Shown here piece after piece: positions 51,891 to 64,000 of a stretch of 64,000 nt of DNA. The stretch comes from Octopus sinensis. Taxonomy: Eukaryota. The position numbers and the translations under genes are program-made. Location: positions 111,352,001-111,416,000 of the forward strand of contig NC_042999.1 of NCBI RefSeq assembly GCF_006345805.1. Direction: 5' to 3'. Within the stretch, counting starts at the first letter, position 1; the number at the start of each line of letters is the position of its first letter. Below the pieces are notes generated by a model. The model saw nothing but the letters and a program-made list of their open reading frames with translations. It searched no databases and was not told the origin of the DNA.

Positions 51891-52430
51891 GCAAAAAACA
51901 GCATCAATCAGAAGCAAACAAATATCAACCGTAATATCTACAATGTTTCCCTTTCCACATAAGAAATTAAAAAAAGTAAAACATTTGTGTGTCTTCTAGA
52001 TAATACCAAGTTATATAATGTAAGAATGGTCCATTGAGTGGTTAATATAGTAGAAGAAAAACAGAGGGAAGAGAGGGTTTGGCAAAACTAAGATGCACAT
52101 TCAGAAAGCTTTGTATACAACATAAAATATATAACAAGAAATACCACCAACAATCAAGAATATAGAAATAAAAACAAAGACGAAATAGGTATGGCATGGA
52201 GTGGTTGGAAGAATAGTTTAAAAGGTATGAGGCACGATATTGAAAGAAAATATAGATGGACATAGAGAATGTAATAAGAAATGGTATGCTGGCATTGTAT
52301 TTAGTGAACATTAAAAAGAGGAACAAAGTAAAAAGAAAATAGCATAAGGATAAATACTCCGTCTATACAAATGTCTGCCTATCTATCTATTTCTTCATAT
52401 ATATATGTGCATGCGTGTGTGTGTATAGAT

Positions 52431-52527
<97 letters not shown>

Positions 52528-52536
52528 ATATATATA

Positions 52537-52664
<128 letters not shown>

Positions 52665-53726
52665 GCAAATGTATGTATGCATGAATATGTATATGTATGT
52701 ATTCATGTATGTATGTATATATACAAATGTGTGTCCGTTTGTGTGTTTGTATGTGTGTACGCATAATTGTGTGCGTATGTGCTTGAGTGCTTATTCATCT
52801 GTTAATCTACGAGTTTCACTGCGCTTATGCTTGTATGTATATTTTTGCGTATATAACCTTTTTTTACTTCTTCTGTACATGTATTTTGGGCAAATGTAAT
52901 CCTTTATCAATCTTTATGATATAGATATATGTGTGGCTATCTCTAAGGTTACTTGTTACAAAGCAGACATGAATGGAATGCTTAATAAACATGGCTTTAT
53001 ATATAAAAGCTTCCTTACATTATCCGTATTAGTCAGCCAATAAAAAATGGTTAGATTTTGACCAACCATATGGTTGAGAGGATATTAGATATTTTGTAGA
53101 GCTCATTTTGTTTTTAAAGTGATATTATTTTTTCTGGTATTATTAGAAATCTGTTTGTTTCACTTGTTAGATATTAATCATTTAACCAAATATAACCTTT
53201 CTGTGGGACAGAGCACATGCCATTTTTAATCGTTTCTTCGTTGTGTCATTGAAATTTTGTTTCAATAGAGAGGCTGTGATGATGTTGATAATGATGATGA
53301 TCATGGTCATCATAATCCTCATGATCATCATTATCATCATAACACAAGCGCATGATCATGGTGATGGTGATAACGAGGACGAAGGAGAAGACAGTACCGA
53401 ACATGATGATTATCATCACCATCAGCACCCCCACCACCACCACTGCCGCCGCCGACGTTGTCATCATCATCACCATCATCAATACTACCACCGCCAATCA
53501 GAAGACCGATTATAATTATTATTATTGTTGTTGTTATTGGTAATGGTGGTATTATTATTATTATTATTACTTTTTTTTTCTTCTTTCAAATTTGCTTCCA
53601 TTTCTTGCCGAGTGTCTTCCCGACTCCTAGGGCAAAGAAACTCATAGTATACATCGGTAGGCCATTAAACCAAACTCAATAGTTCGTTCATTTGAAAAAA
53701 ATTTTTTTTTTTTTTTCAAGTTAAAT

Positions 53727-54775
53727 TAAAATACATGAACAGCAACAGTTCTCACATCGACAATGCTCTTCTCAATACGTGTGATGTACCAGTTAAGACA
53801 ATCTTTTGCACTTCTTGCAGAGATGGTAAGCCAGGGATCATTCTCATATAATTTTCGGTTCCCTTCTTGATCATTCCTAGTGCTCCTACGATCACTGGTA
53901 TTGTAACCGCCTTGAGATGCCACATTTTCTCAATTTCAATGAGTAGGTCTTTATATTTTCTGAGCTTGTCAAACTCTTTCGCTGAGATATTATGATCACA
54001 GGGGATGCTCATGTCGATCAATAAGCAAACTTTATTGTTTTGGTCTTTCACAACAATATATGGTTTATTGGCCTTGAAGGTTCGGTCTGTATGTACTGGA
54101 AAGTCCCACAGAATGGTTACATTTTCTCCTTCAGTTACAGCCTCAGGGTGGTGATTATACCACTTGTCGGCAGTTTTGATATTGTAATGCCGACTTATTA
54201 GCCAGTGTAGATATTGGCCAACTCTGTCATGTCTTAATTTATACTCCACTGGTGCTAAGACTTTACATCCAGAGATTAGGTGGTCCACTGTTTCAATCAT
54301 GTCGTTGCAGAATCGGCATTTTGGGTCTGCTCCATTTTTCATCACATTGGCTTGGTAGTTCGGGGTTAATGGGCTTTGATCTTGAGCAGCCAGGATGAAA
54401 CTGGAACTGCTAAGGAATTTATAGCTAACACCTTGTTACGTGCATTTAGTTCAGATTTCAGGACTGCACAAACTCTCCTATAACATTCCTTCCTGATCTT
54501 CTCTTTCGTGCTTGCATGCTGAATACCAGAGCCTTCATTTATCCCTAAATATTTGTATGTTTGTTCTTGTACAAGCTCTTTTATGACTGTGTCAACATCT
54601 AACACGACTGAATTTGTGGTCTTCACTTTCCCTTTCTGGAATGTGGCCTTGGCACACTTCTCAAGTCCAAACTCCATCCTGATGTCATCGCTGAATACTT
54701 TCACAGTGCGCAATAGGCCTTCAAGTTCATTATCGTCTTTACCATAGATTTTTAAGTCATCCATATAACCCTGTT
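53727..54775 (-). mobile_element. R4/Dong-type LINE copy C: RT motif joined by an internal deletion to CCHC and RLE
   Basis: YMDDLKIYG...NSLAVPV joined at about 54400 to FILAAQDQ...CRFC...DHLISGC...RHDRVG...KPYIVV...LIDMSIP...LGTSHVLRRALSM-like end (ORF 53752-54345); short A-tail. Confidence 0.93.
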
Positions 54776-54794
54776 CTGTTTATTATTATTATTA

Positions 54795-54865
<71 letters not shown>

Positions 54866-54867
<2 letters not shown>

Positions 54868-55748
54868 CTCTTTATCACAGCTTTTGTTGAAGCTCCTGAA
54901 GTCTTGCATGCGTAGCGGGCTTACTACCTGCAGCTTCTGGTACCATGTTATTCGTTCTTTTCAGCTAATACTTTCCTGATTATTCTGGCCGTGTCAACGA
55001 GGCAAGCCTTTTGTAACAGTTCTATAGGGCACTTTTCCAATTTCCTTTATATTCTTCTTGATGCCTTCTGATACTGTTCTCAATGATACAACAATAATTG
55101 GCACTATCTTCCCCTTCTTCATTTTCCATAGCCGGGCTATTTCGCACTTCAGAGGGTTGTATCTATTTTTTCGCCTACCTTCTTCACTTTTCGTGGGTTA
55201 AAGCGGCATGCAACGTCAACTATATAGAATATGCGATGCATCTTACCCACCACCACTAGGTCTGGTCTGTTATGCTCTTGCACCTGATCTGTTTGGATTG
55301 GGAAATCCTAGAGGAATTTGTTAGTCTCTGACTCTTACCACTCTCTGCGATTTGTCTCATACCACGCCTTGCTTCACTCTAGCCCCCACTTTTTGCACAA
55401 CTTTCAATGTAGCACTTCTCTACCTGGTCGTGTCGCCATAACTTGTAGCGGTTTTGGACAAGTCAAAGGCATTGATTCGTGATATGGACAATGGTTTCGT
55501 TGCCACAGCGGAGACACTTGCTCGTTCTTCAGGTTGACCCTTCAGTTCGTGGCCAGAGCTTGGTCCTGCGCAGCCAGTTTACTGCTCGCGATCACATTTT
55601 TTAGGCTCTTTCATCAGCCAATCCCACCTATCCCGCCTATCTTTTCCAGCAACTTCTGTTGTGGTTACATGTAATTGATTTTGTAGTCCCTTCTTGCGTA
55701 ATTCTTCTTCATGTCCTTTTTGTACTTCTTCCTTTGCTTTCTCTCTTC
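54866..55748 (-). mobile_element. R4/Dong-type LINE copy B, decayed 3' part
   Basis: KDRRDRWDWL, QDQALATN, LWRHDQV and FPIQTDQVQEHNRPDLVVV across frameshifts; bounded by (TAA)n at 54778-54865 and 55749-55821. Confidence 0.85.
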
Positions 55749-55772
55749 ACTTATTATTATTATTATTATTAT

Positions 55773-55804
<32 letters not shown>

Positions 55805-55821
55805 TTATTATTATTATTATT

Positions 55822-57620
55822 CAGTAGTTTTATTTTTATAGCGTGCTTTCACTTCACTACCGAGCGCAGCTCTGTGTGCCTTGGGTATGTGCTGTGATTT
55901 GTTGTGATGCTCTGTTGGTTATTGTATGGAAAGTGTTCTGCGTAGGATGTGTGCAGTGCCTAGTAGTGCAATTGTCTGTATGTTATATGTGTTTGTAAGT
56001 CCTGGTGTTTTTGTTATGTATTTGTCTGAATATTTTTTACCATGCCTAATGCACCTACTATGATAGGAATTGTTTCTGTTTTTAGATTCCACATTCTGGT
56101 TACCTCTATTTCCAGGTCTTTGTATTTTGAGAGTTTCTCCATTTCTTTTAGAGGCACGGTATTGATACATCAATTAGAAAGCATTTTTTTCTTCATGATC
56201 TCTGACAACTATATCTGGTCTGTTGGCCTTAATTTCTTTATATGTGTGTATCGGCATATCCCGGAGTATGGTTGCTTTCTCGCTTTATGTGACTTTTCTG
56301 CTGTGTGCCTATACCATCTTTTTTCTGTTGTTATTCCATAATGTTGGCATAGCTTCCAATGTATGTAGGTTCCAACTCTGTCATGTCTGTGAATATATTC
56401 CTTCTTAGCCAAGACTGGGCAGCTAGAGATAATATGATTTATTGTTTCTTGTCCATCTCCACATATTCTGCAGTTACTTGTTATATTTCTTTTCATTACA
56501 TGCTTTCGGTAATTTCTGGTTGGGAGGCTTTGGTCTTGTGCTGCAATTAAAAATCCCTCTGTCTCTGCTTTGAGTCCTGAGCTTCTCAACCATTGCTGGG
56601 ATTTTTCTTTGTCTATTTCTTTTGCATTTAGTTTAGTCCAGTATTTGCCACGAAGGGGCTTTTCTGGCCATCGTTTTATCATGGTTCGTTGCTGTTCTAG
56701 TTTTAGTTTTGATTTCATTTGTTTTATAGCTTTTGTTGTTTCTTCATCTTCTTCTTCTTCTTCTTCTTCATATTTATTAGGTGGTATGATTTCTTGTTTG
56801 TATTTTTCAGCTTCCTTAAATACTGAGAACAGTTTTTTGTTTTGCTCGTGTTTTGCCGCTATTTGTATCAGTTTTCCTTCCTTCTGAAGTAGATATTTTT
56901 GCAGTCCTTTGGTGGTTATTTTATAGTAGTTTTCCAGCTGTATAAGTCCTCTACCATCTTCTATAGGTTGTATATTTAGTCTTTCTATGTCAGATTTTGG
57001 GTGATGCATCCTAGATCCTGTCATTATTTTTCCTGTTTTCCTATCTATTTTGGTCAGTTCATTTCGTGTCCAGTTAAGGATATTGTAGCTGTAACTTATA
57101 ACTGGGACAGCTAAAGTGTTAATACCTATTATCTTGTTTTTAGCATTGAGCTCTGTTTTTAGTATTGATCTAACTCGTCTATAATATTCTTTTTTTATTT
57201 TCTCTTTCATTTGTGTGTGTTGCGTCTTATCTAGTTCATGGATTCCTAAGTATTTGTAAGTTTGGCTTTGGTCTAGTTCTTTTATTTCATTGGTTTTATC
57301 TAGTGCGATGTTGCTACTCTTAACTAGTTTTCCTCTTTTCAGGGTTACTTTGGCGCATTTTTCTAATCCAAATTTCATATCTATTTCTTTGGTAAATCCA
57401 TGAACTGTCTTTAATAGTGGTTCCAGCTGTTTGTCATTTGCAGCGTATAGTTTTTGGTCATCCATATATAAAAGGTGGCTGGTCGTTTTGCCGTAACCTT
57501 TATATCCGCATCCAGTTCTATTTAGCATATCAGATAGAGGTGACAGTGCCAAGCAGAAAAGGGGTGTAGAGAGCGTGGCTCCCTGGAATATTCCCCTTCT
57601 AATGGGGATGGCTTTGGTTT

Positions 57621-57624
<4 letters not shown>
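55822..57624 (-). mobile_element. R4/Dong-type LINE copy A, young and 5'-truncated, with a 471-codon open frame (56209-57624), frameshifted RLE (about 55919-56270) and 3' UTR
   Basis: RRGIFQGATLS, HLLYMDDQK, YKYLG, WLRSSGLKAETEGFLIAAQDQSL, CRICG..ETINHIISSC, HRHDRVG, then ALLGTAHILRRTLSIQ*. (TAA)n on both sides (57625-57674 and 55749-55821). Confidence 0.96.
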
Positions 57625-57674
<50 letters not shown>

Positions 57675-58388
57675 GAGTAGTAATGATGAAATAATAGTAT
57701 ATTATATCCTAACCTAATCTCCACCTATTATATTTCTGCCAGGTCTGGAACCACAATGTTCGTATCACATTGTAGAAATTCCTGTCGAGTTAGTGGGATA
57801 TAAAAGCTTTGATACCTTTTGTTTTCCAGTCTTTTCGTATGTAATCGAACGTAATACAATCAAGTTTTGATCGTCATTGTTTTTCCGTTGCTTTCTTAAC
57901 ATCAAACAAAGAACTTAGATAATGTCACACATAGCCTCAAGGTGGTCACTTGTTCTGTTAGAAATAGTAAACACACCCGACGCTCAAATGAAAATCAAAT
58001 GAAAATAATAAAAGGTAATTTGGATAACGTAGTCTGTGGTAGACAAGAAGATCCGCTGGTTAAGGTTTGAAATACTTTAATTATTACTCTGATCATTCAG
58101 AGATCGCCTGAAACTAAAAAAACAATGATTAATGTCAAAACAAGCAGTCAATAATTTTTAATGTACTTTAGTACTTTGGTTTTCGTCACTTTTGTTGTCA
58201 TTTTCATACGGGAGCTGGCTCTGCTTATTTGAATCATTAAACTAAATACATTATTTGTAGTTGTTGAAGCACCATTTTTGACAGTTCCTCTGATTTCTAA
58301 TAATCTGATTTTTTTAACTGATCTGGTTAAGTTTGATGACAACTCCAGCTCGACCTCTAATTATATAGTCTGCAGTATTCTTGGATAT

Positions 58389-58614
58389 ATTCTTTTCTAC
58401 TCTAGGCACAAGGCCCGAAATTTTGGGGGAACGGGCCAGTCCATTAGATCGACCCCAGTACGCAACTAGTATTTAATTGATCGACCCCTAAAGGATGAAA
58501 GGCAAAGTCCACCTCGGCAGAATTTAAACTCAGAACGTAAAGACAGACGAAATACCTATTTCTTTACTACCAACAAGGGGCTAAACACAGAGAGGACAAA
58601 CAAGGACAGACAAG
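58389..58614 (-). mobile_element. SINE family 2 partial dimer
   Basis: GGTAGTAAAGAAATAGGTATTTCGTC junction at about 58548-58572 on the minus strand. Confidence 0.9.
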
Positions 58615-58656
58615 ACACCAAAGTTGGGAATCATTAAATTCATATAATTCATTGAA

Positions 58657-58855
58657 GGCGGCGAGCTGGCAGAAACGTTAGTACGCCAGGTGAAATGCAT
58701 AGCCGTATTTCGTCTGCCGTTACGTTCTGAGTTCAAATTCCGCCGTGGTCGACTTTGCCTTTCATCCTTTCGGGGTCGATAAATTAAGTACCATGTTACG
58801 CACTGGGTTCGATGTAATCGACTTGATCCGTTTGTCTGTCCTTGTTTGTCCCCTA
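58657..58855 (+). mobile_element. SINE family 2 monomer, 3'-truncated
   Basis: GGCGGCGAGCTGGCAGAAACGTTAG head, B box and body. Confidence 0.93.
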
Positions 58856-58922
58856 GAATACACTACCAGCAGTATATTTGATAGGTACTATCCCTTTGTT
58901 GATTTCTCAACCGCTAACTCAC

Positions 58923-58973
<51 letters not shown>

Positions 58974-60265
58974 CGAGGGGCGTTCAATAAGTAATGCCCC
59001 TGACCCACTTCCCATAGAAGTAGAGCAACGAAACTTGGCACAGTTATTAGTCTTTTTCTACATAGGAACCACACAGAGTTACGCATTTCTCCCATCGTTT
59101 GATGCAGCGCTGGAGACCGTTTTTGTAGAAGACCCCAGCTTGGTCCTCCACCTACGACGTGACTTTAGAAATCAAGGTTGCATCATCTGTGAAATGCTTT
59201 CCTTTCAAAAACAACTTCATGGCTGGGAAGAGGTGAAAATCAGAGGGTGCAAGGTCAGGAGCGTAGGGGGGATGGGGGAGGAGTTCATAGCAGCACGCCT
59301 GTGCTTCTGATCTGGCGACACGCGAGTTGTGGACCGGAGCGTTGTCCTGCAGGAGGAGGATGCCTTTGCTGAGCTTGCCCCACCTCTTGATTTTGATAGC
59401 TTCTCTTAATTTCCTCAAAAGTGAAGCATAATAGGCTCCTGTAATTGTGGTACCCTTTGCCAGGAAATCTGTCATCAGTACTCCGTCCTGGTCCCAGAAG
59501 ACTGTGAGCATGGCCTTGCCAGCGGAGGGCTACACCCTTGCCTTCTTTGGAGGAGGTGAGTCACGGTGCATCCACTGCATTGACTGGACTTTGGTCTCTG
59601 AAGCATAGTGATGGACCCAGGTTTCATCCTGTGTAATCAGTCTTTTGGAAAATTTTGACTCATCTTCTTGGCACATCTCCAAATTCATCCTCGAGCACTC
59701 GACGCGTTCTTGCTTCTGCAAAGGTATGAGCAACTTGGGAATCCATCTGGCAGACACCTTTTGCATAAGCAAATGGTCATGAATGATAGTTTCCACAGAC
59801 CCGGTACTAATCTTGACCTCATGGGCTATTTGGCGAATAGTTATGCATCGATCTTCCAAAATGGCAGCCTCAACTTGACGGACAGATGCCTCATCAATGG
59901 CAGAAGGGGGTGGCCAGATCTGAGAGCTGTTTCCACAGAGTTCCGACCATGTTTGAATTCACGATGCCAGCGTTTTACAAGGTCATATGATGGGGCATTA
60001 TCACCAAAAGTTACTTTCATTTCATCAAAAGTCTCCTGTGGTGTGCGTCCTTTCAAATACAAAAACCGGATCACTGCTCGACACTCAACAGGCTCCATTT
60101 CACACGTGACTCATTTCAAACACCTGTAAATCAGAAACCACAATTAGCTCAGAGCTGTAATTTGTCACTTAATCTATAGAGATATAAATAATTGCACATG
60201 CAAAATTTCAGCTAGATCCAACAACTGCAAGTGGGTCAGAGGCATTACTTATTGAACGTCCCTCG
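58974..60265 (-). mobile_element. Full-length mariner (DD34D) transposon, 1292 bp, with a frameshifted transposase
   Basis: TIRs CGAGGGGCGTTCAATAAGTAATGCCCCTGACCCACTT and (rc) CGAGGGACGTTCAATAAGTAATGCCTCTGACCCACTT, with TA flanks inside (TA)n. Transposase pieces 59841-60098, 59530-59859 and 59152-59511 contain ITQDETW, LLQDNAPVH and PYAPDLAPSDFHLF. Confidence 0.97.
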
Positions 60266-60305
60266 TATATATATGCATAATATATATATATATATATATA
60301 TATGC

Positions 60306-60347
<42 letters not shown>

Positions 60348-60402
60348 TTATATATATATATATATATAATATATATATATATATGCATTATATATATATA
60401 TT

Positions 60403-60472
<70 letters not shown>

Positions 60473-60736
60473 GTGTGTTTGTGTATATATATATATATAT
60501 ATATGCCTGAATGTACTTACATATGTAAAAACAAACCTAACACTATATCACTCTAAAATTGACTCGAATGTAACATGACAAACATGAAGGATAAATAACG
60601 AATTAACATAAAAACTATAAATCAGATGATAAAGTCACGTAACCACTCTCCAAAATTAAACATATTCATATTTAGGCAGCTCAAGTGAACTGATATTTTA
60701 GATAATTACAAAATAATGTTTAGGATGAATGTAACA

Positions 60737-61560
60737 AGGTAGGAGCTGCCTGACCCAGCTCTTACAGCACTATGACTGGGTGTTGAGACAGTGACACAAC
60801 AACTCAAATGTGGACGTAATATACCTTGATTTTACAAAAGATTTGACATGGTGGATCAAGGTATGATATGCCACAAACTGCGTGATCTCGGCATAGTTGG
60901 AAAATTTTGGAGAGTGGTTATATGACGTTCTGAAAGGTAGAAGTCAGGGGGTAGTGGCTAATGGAGCCACCTCTATGAAAACACAAATATTGAGCGATAT
61001 TCCACAGGGCACTGTCTTGGAACCAGTGTGAAATTGACAGCGGACCTTGAAGCAATCCAGAGAAGATTCACAAAGAAGATCGTCTCTTTGCAATTGCTCA
61101 GCTACTGGGAAAGGCTGAAACAGCTAAGACTCTATCCCCTGGAGAGAAGGCGAGAGAGGTATGCAGTAATATACATCTGGAAGATCCTGGAAGGAATTGT
61201 GCAAAATTTTGGTATTGAAAGCTACACCAATGCCAGAAAGGGACGTCACTGCATAGTGCCAAAGTTATTGCAACAGCCTGGGTCTCAAGGGCCCAAAGCT
61301 TTTTTTAATATTCTCCCAAAGAGCCTGCGGAACCTGCACAAAGTAGATGTGGGCGTTTTAAAATCAAAGCTGGGCCTTTTCCTGTCAAGGGTCCCAGATG
61401 AACCTACCTCCCGGCAAGAAGTGCAAATGAGAGTAGCTATACCAAATTCCATTCTTCACTAAGTGTCACATATTGGAGGAGGCTCTCAGTAATTACAGTG
61501 TAGCAAAACGGTGGTGCATCAGCATGATCGCAACTCTGAACTGAAACTACAGAAAGGAAA
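60737..61560 (+). mobile_element. CR1-type LINE 3' fragment with an internal deletion
   Basis: GRSCLTQLL, VDVIYLDF, DIPQGTVLEP joined at about 61025 to LEAIQRRFTKKI..LSYWERLKQLRLYPLERRRERY; tail at 61509-61560. Confidence 0.9.
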
Positions 61561-61828
61561 AAAATATTAAAATAAATTATAACTATACTTGAATACCTTG
61601 TTACATTTTAAAAATACTATACAAAAAACGTTGAACATTGGGTTTTAATTTCCATGGTGACAACTAAATACTCAATTTCAAAGCGTGTAACACACAGATT
61701 TTATGCTTTTATATAAAATTTAGAGACTAATATGCTTTTAAATTTAAGCATTCTAAACCGGTAATGGTTGACGTAAGTTTATTATTATCATTATTGTTGT
61801 TGTTGCAGTGGTTGTTGTTATTATTATA

Positions 61829-61905
<77 letters not shown>

Positions 61906-62167
61906 CATCATCATCATCATCATTATTGTTGCTATTGTTGTTATCATCATCATCATTATAATAATTATTATTGTTGTTGTTGTTGTTATGATGACGATGA
62001 TTATGATGATAAATGGACACAGAAGAATAGCTTGAAAAAGTGTTTAGCGATTCGCTCGGCGCCAGTGCAGTGCTTACTTTTGTGTTTGCCAATCTAAAAG
62101 TGGAATGACTGAAGCCAAAAAATCTATTCCTACAGAATGTATGTGTGTGTGTACGTGCGTATGTATG

Positions 62168-62201
<34 letters not shown>

Positions 62202-62265
62202 TGTATGTATGTATGTATGTATGTATGTATGTATGTATGTTTGCATGTATGTATGTATGTATGCA

Positions 62266-62328
<63 letters not shown>

Positions 62329-62689
62329 ATATATATATATATTATATATATATATATACATACACACACATATACATTATATATCTCTGCATGCACACTC
62401 ATACACATGTTTGTGTTCCGTGTGTGTGTGCCCGCCCGCGCGTGTACCTTCGCATATAGTGTAGAGAGAACAATTTCTTCGTGTTTCAAGAAGTGCTTTT
62501 CAGTGGAGAGAGAGAGAGAAATATTTTGTATATCCTTCGCCTATCGAAATATTGTTGAAACTGCTCTTGGTGCTGTTGCTGACGTTGATGATGAATAGAA
62601 GAAGGAAGAGAAGAGGAGGAGGGAGAGGAAGAGGAGAAGAGGTGAAGGACGACGATGACGAGGAGGATAATGAGGACAGCGGTGACGTT

Positions 62690-62880
62690 GTTAAAGCGTA
62701 GCTCAGCCTTAATCGAGGTGATAGATCTAAGGTATTCTAGCCATGACCATCACATCACCGATTATTTAAGACTACATAATCCTAGATATTCTGTCTTTTT
62801 TCAAAAACAGTAGACTCGAATTTATGAGAGTTTCGGCTGCTATCTTTAGCAGGTCGTATGACAATAAGGAGGCTTCCTCA
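62690..62880 (-). mobile_element. Interspersed repeat, SINE-like family 3, with fragments also at about 27055-27150, 30205-30240, 39085-39135 and 57950-58045
   Basis: Shared motifs within the window: TTTGGCTGCTATTTCTAGCAG-like (62826 vs 30211), GGATAATGTAGTC-like (62770 rc vs 27070 vs 58022) and AAGGCATTC-like (62730 vs 39117). Confidence 0.55.
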
Positions 62881-64000
62881 CTGAATCGTCTGTGGCTGAA
62901 TTCTTGTTATAGACCTCGGTCTGATATATTCGCGTTGAACTTCTATCAAAGGTTCCTGCAGGGATCATCCTGCATATTTTTTAATCAGTCACTTCATTAT
63001 CAAATACTTCAATATGTGAATTGAGGAATATTTGATTGATATTTCTTACAGATAGAGTGACTGTATAAGGTAGTCTCAATGCTATGCATTTTTGAGGAAG
63101 ACATTGTACAGTCGGTTTTATCAGTCGCTCATCTTACTCTGCAAACTCAGTACTCGTTATCATGATTGTGGATATTAATTATCAAATAGAGGCAAGACTA
63201 GTATAGCTTTGATCATAAGTATACTTAATCGAGATTGACTTGCTTGAACAAAATTGTTGGCTTTGTGCAAAGGTATGAAACAAAAAGGATTTTGACTATT
63301 TCACTTTATGTTTTAGACATGGAGGTAGAGAGCGCCTGTAACCTCTTATTTTATTTATAATTTATTTTACTTTTATTTAGTTATTTGTCAGAACCCCAGG
63401 TAGTGTTGCGTGGAAGGTAGAAAATTATCGTCAAACAAAAGACAGGACGAGAAAACTTGAAACGGAATTTTGTCAAAAGTATCCAGCAATTAACACAGTT
63501 GGTGTCAAACCGATCGATCGTCCAAGTCTCACATACGGCATAGTCTCACATACGGTATAGCATTTTGTCATACGTTCCATTGACTCTACTAATTTACCAC
63601 CTATTATTGTGACTTATTAGATATGAAAAGAACATTTTGTGAAATTGCAATGATGTCTAAACATTGTAATTAACTAAGAAAAAAAAACATTTCAAATAGA
63701 AAAATAATGTAAAATCTGTAACAAATATTTTGGCATAACCTGGGCATAAATGCTGTTGCTTTGCTCAACGAAATCAATCCCGATCAATTAAACTTATGAT
63801 CAAAATTATTCTTGTTGCAAACAACCCATATTCTTCCTTCCTTTTTTCTTCTTTTTCTTATTTGAAAAACAATATATCTGAGGCTTCCTTACTTAATTCG
63901 ACCCTCACATTTGTTTAGAATGGTGGTTGCAGTATGCCGAAGTTTTAGCTATTATTCCAGATACATAAAAGTTCCATGTCTCACAGCTATACCCATTTTT

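Overview
AT-rich eukaryotic (metazoan) genomic DNA. Its SINE families, microsatellite load and LINE repertoire look like a coleoid cephalopod (Octopus); this is recognition from memory, not a database match. No prokaryotic genes, CRISPR arrays, rRNA genes or intact tRNA genes were seen, and no host protein-coding gene could be named. Most ORFs in the supplied track are microsatellite read-throughs. Supportable content: (1) six restriction-like-endonuclease (R4/Dong-type) non-LTR retrotransposon fragments, three of them stacked head-to-tail between (TAA)n tracts at 53.7-57.7 kb; (2) an internally deleted RTE LINE, an internally deleted CR1-type LINE and a decayed Penelope-like RT; (3) a full-length mariner with TIRs and TA flanks, a mariner MITE and a truncated Tc1; (4) many tRNA-derived SINEs of at least four families, one of which forms multimers through two recurrent junctions. 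The most interesting signal is a set of dispersed minimal type I hammerhead-ribozyme motifs of the Penelope type. These include an inverted pair at 0.95-1.19 kb and a composite element at 19.67-20.04 kb made of a tRNA-like head, a microsatellite linker and a hammerhead-bearing tail. A repeat-poor island at 21.7-25.7 kb holds a candidate chain of small minus-strand exons with a polyA signal, a 44-bp perfect palindrome, and a compact CRE/CCAAT/E-box/TATA promoter with a first-exon donor. All ribozyme folds and splice calls were made by eye and need computational and experimental confirmation.
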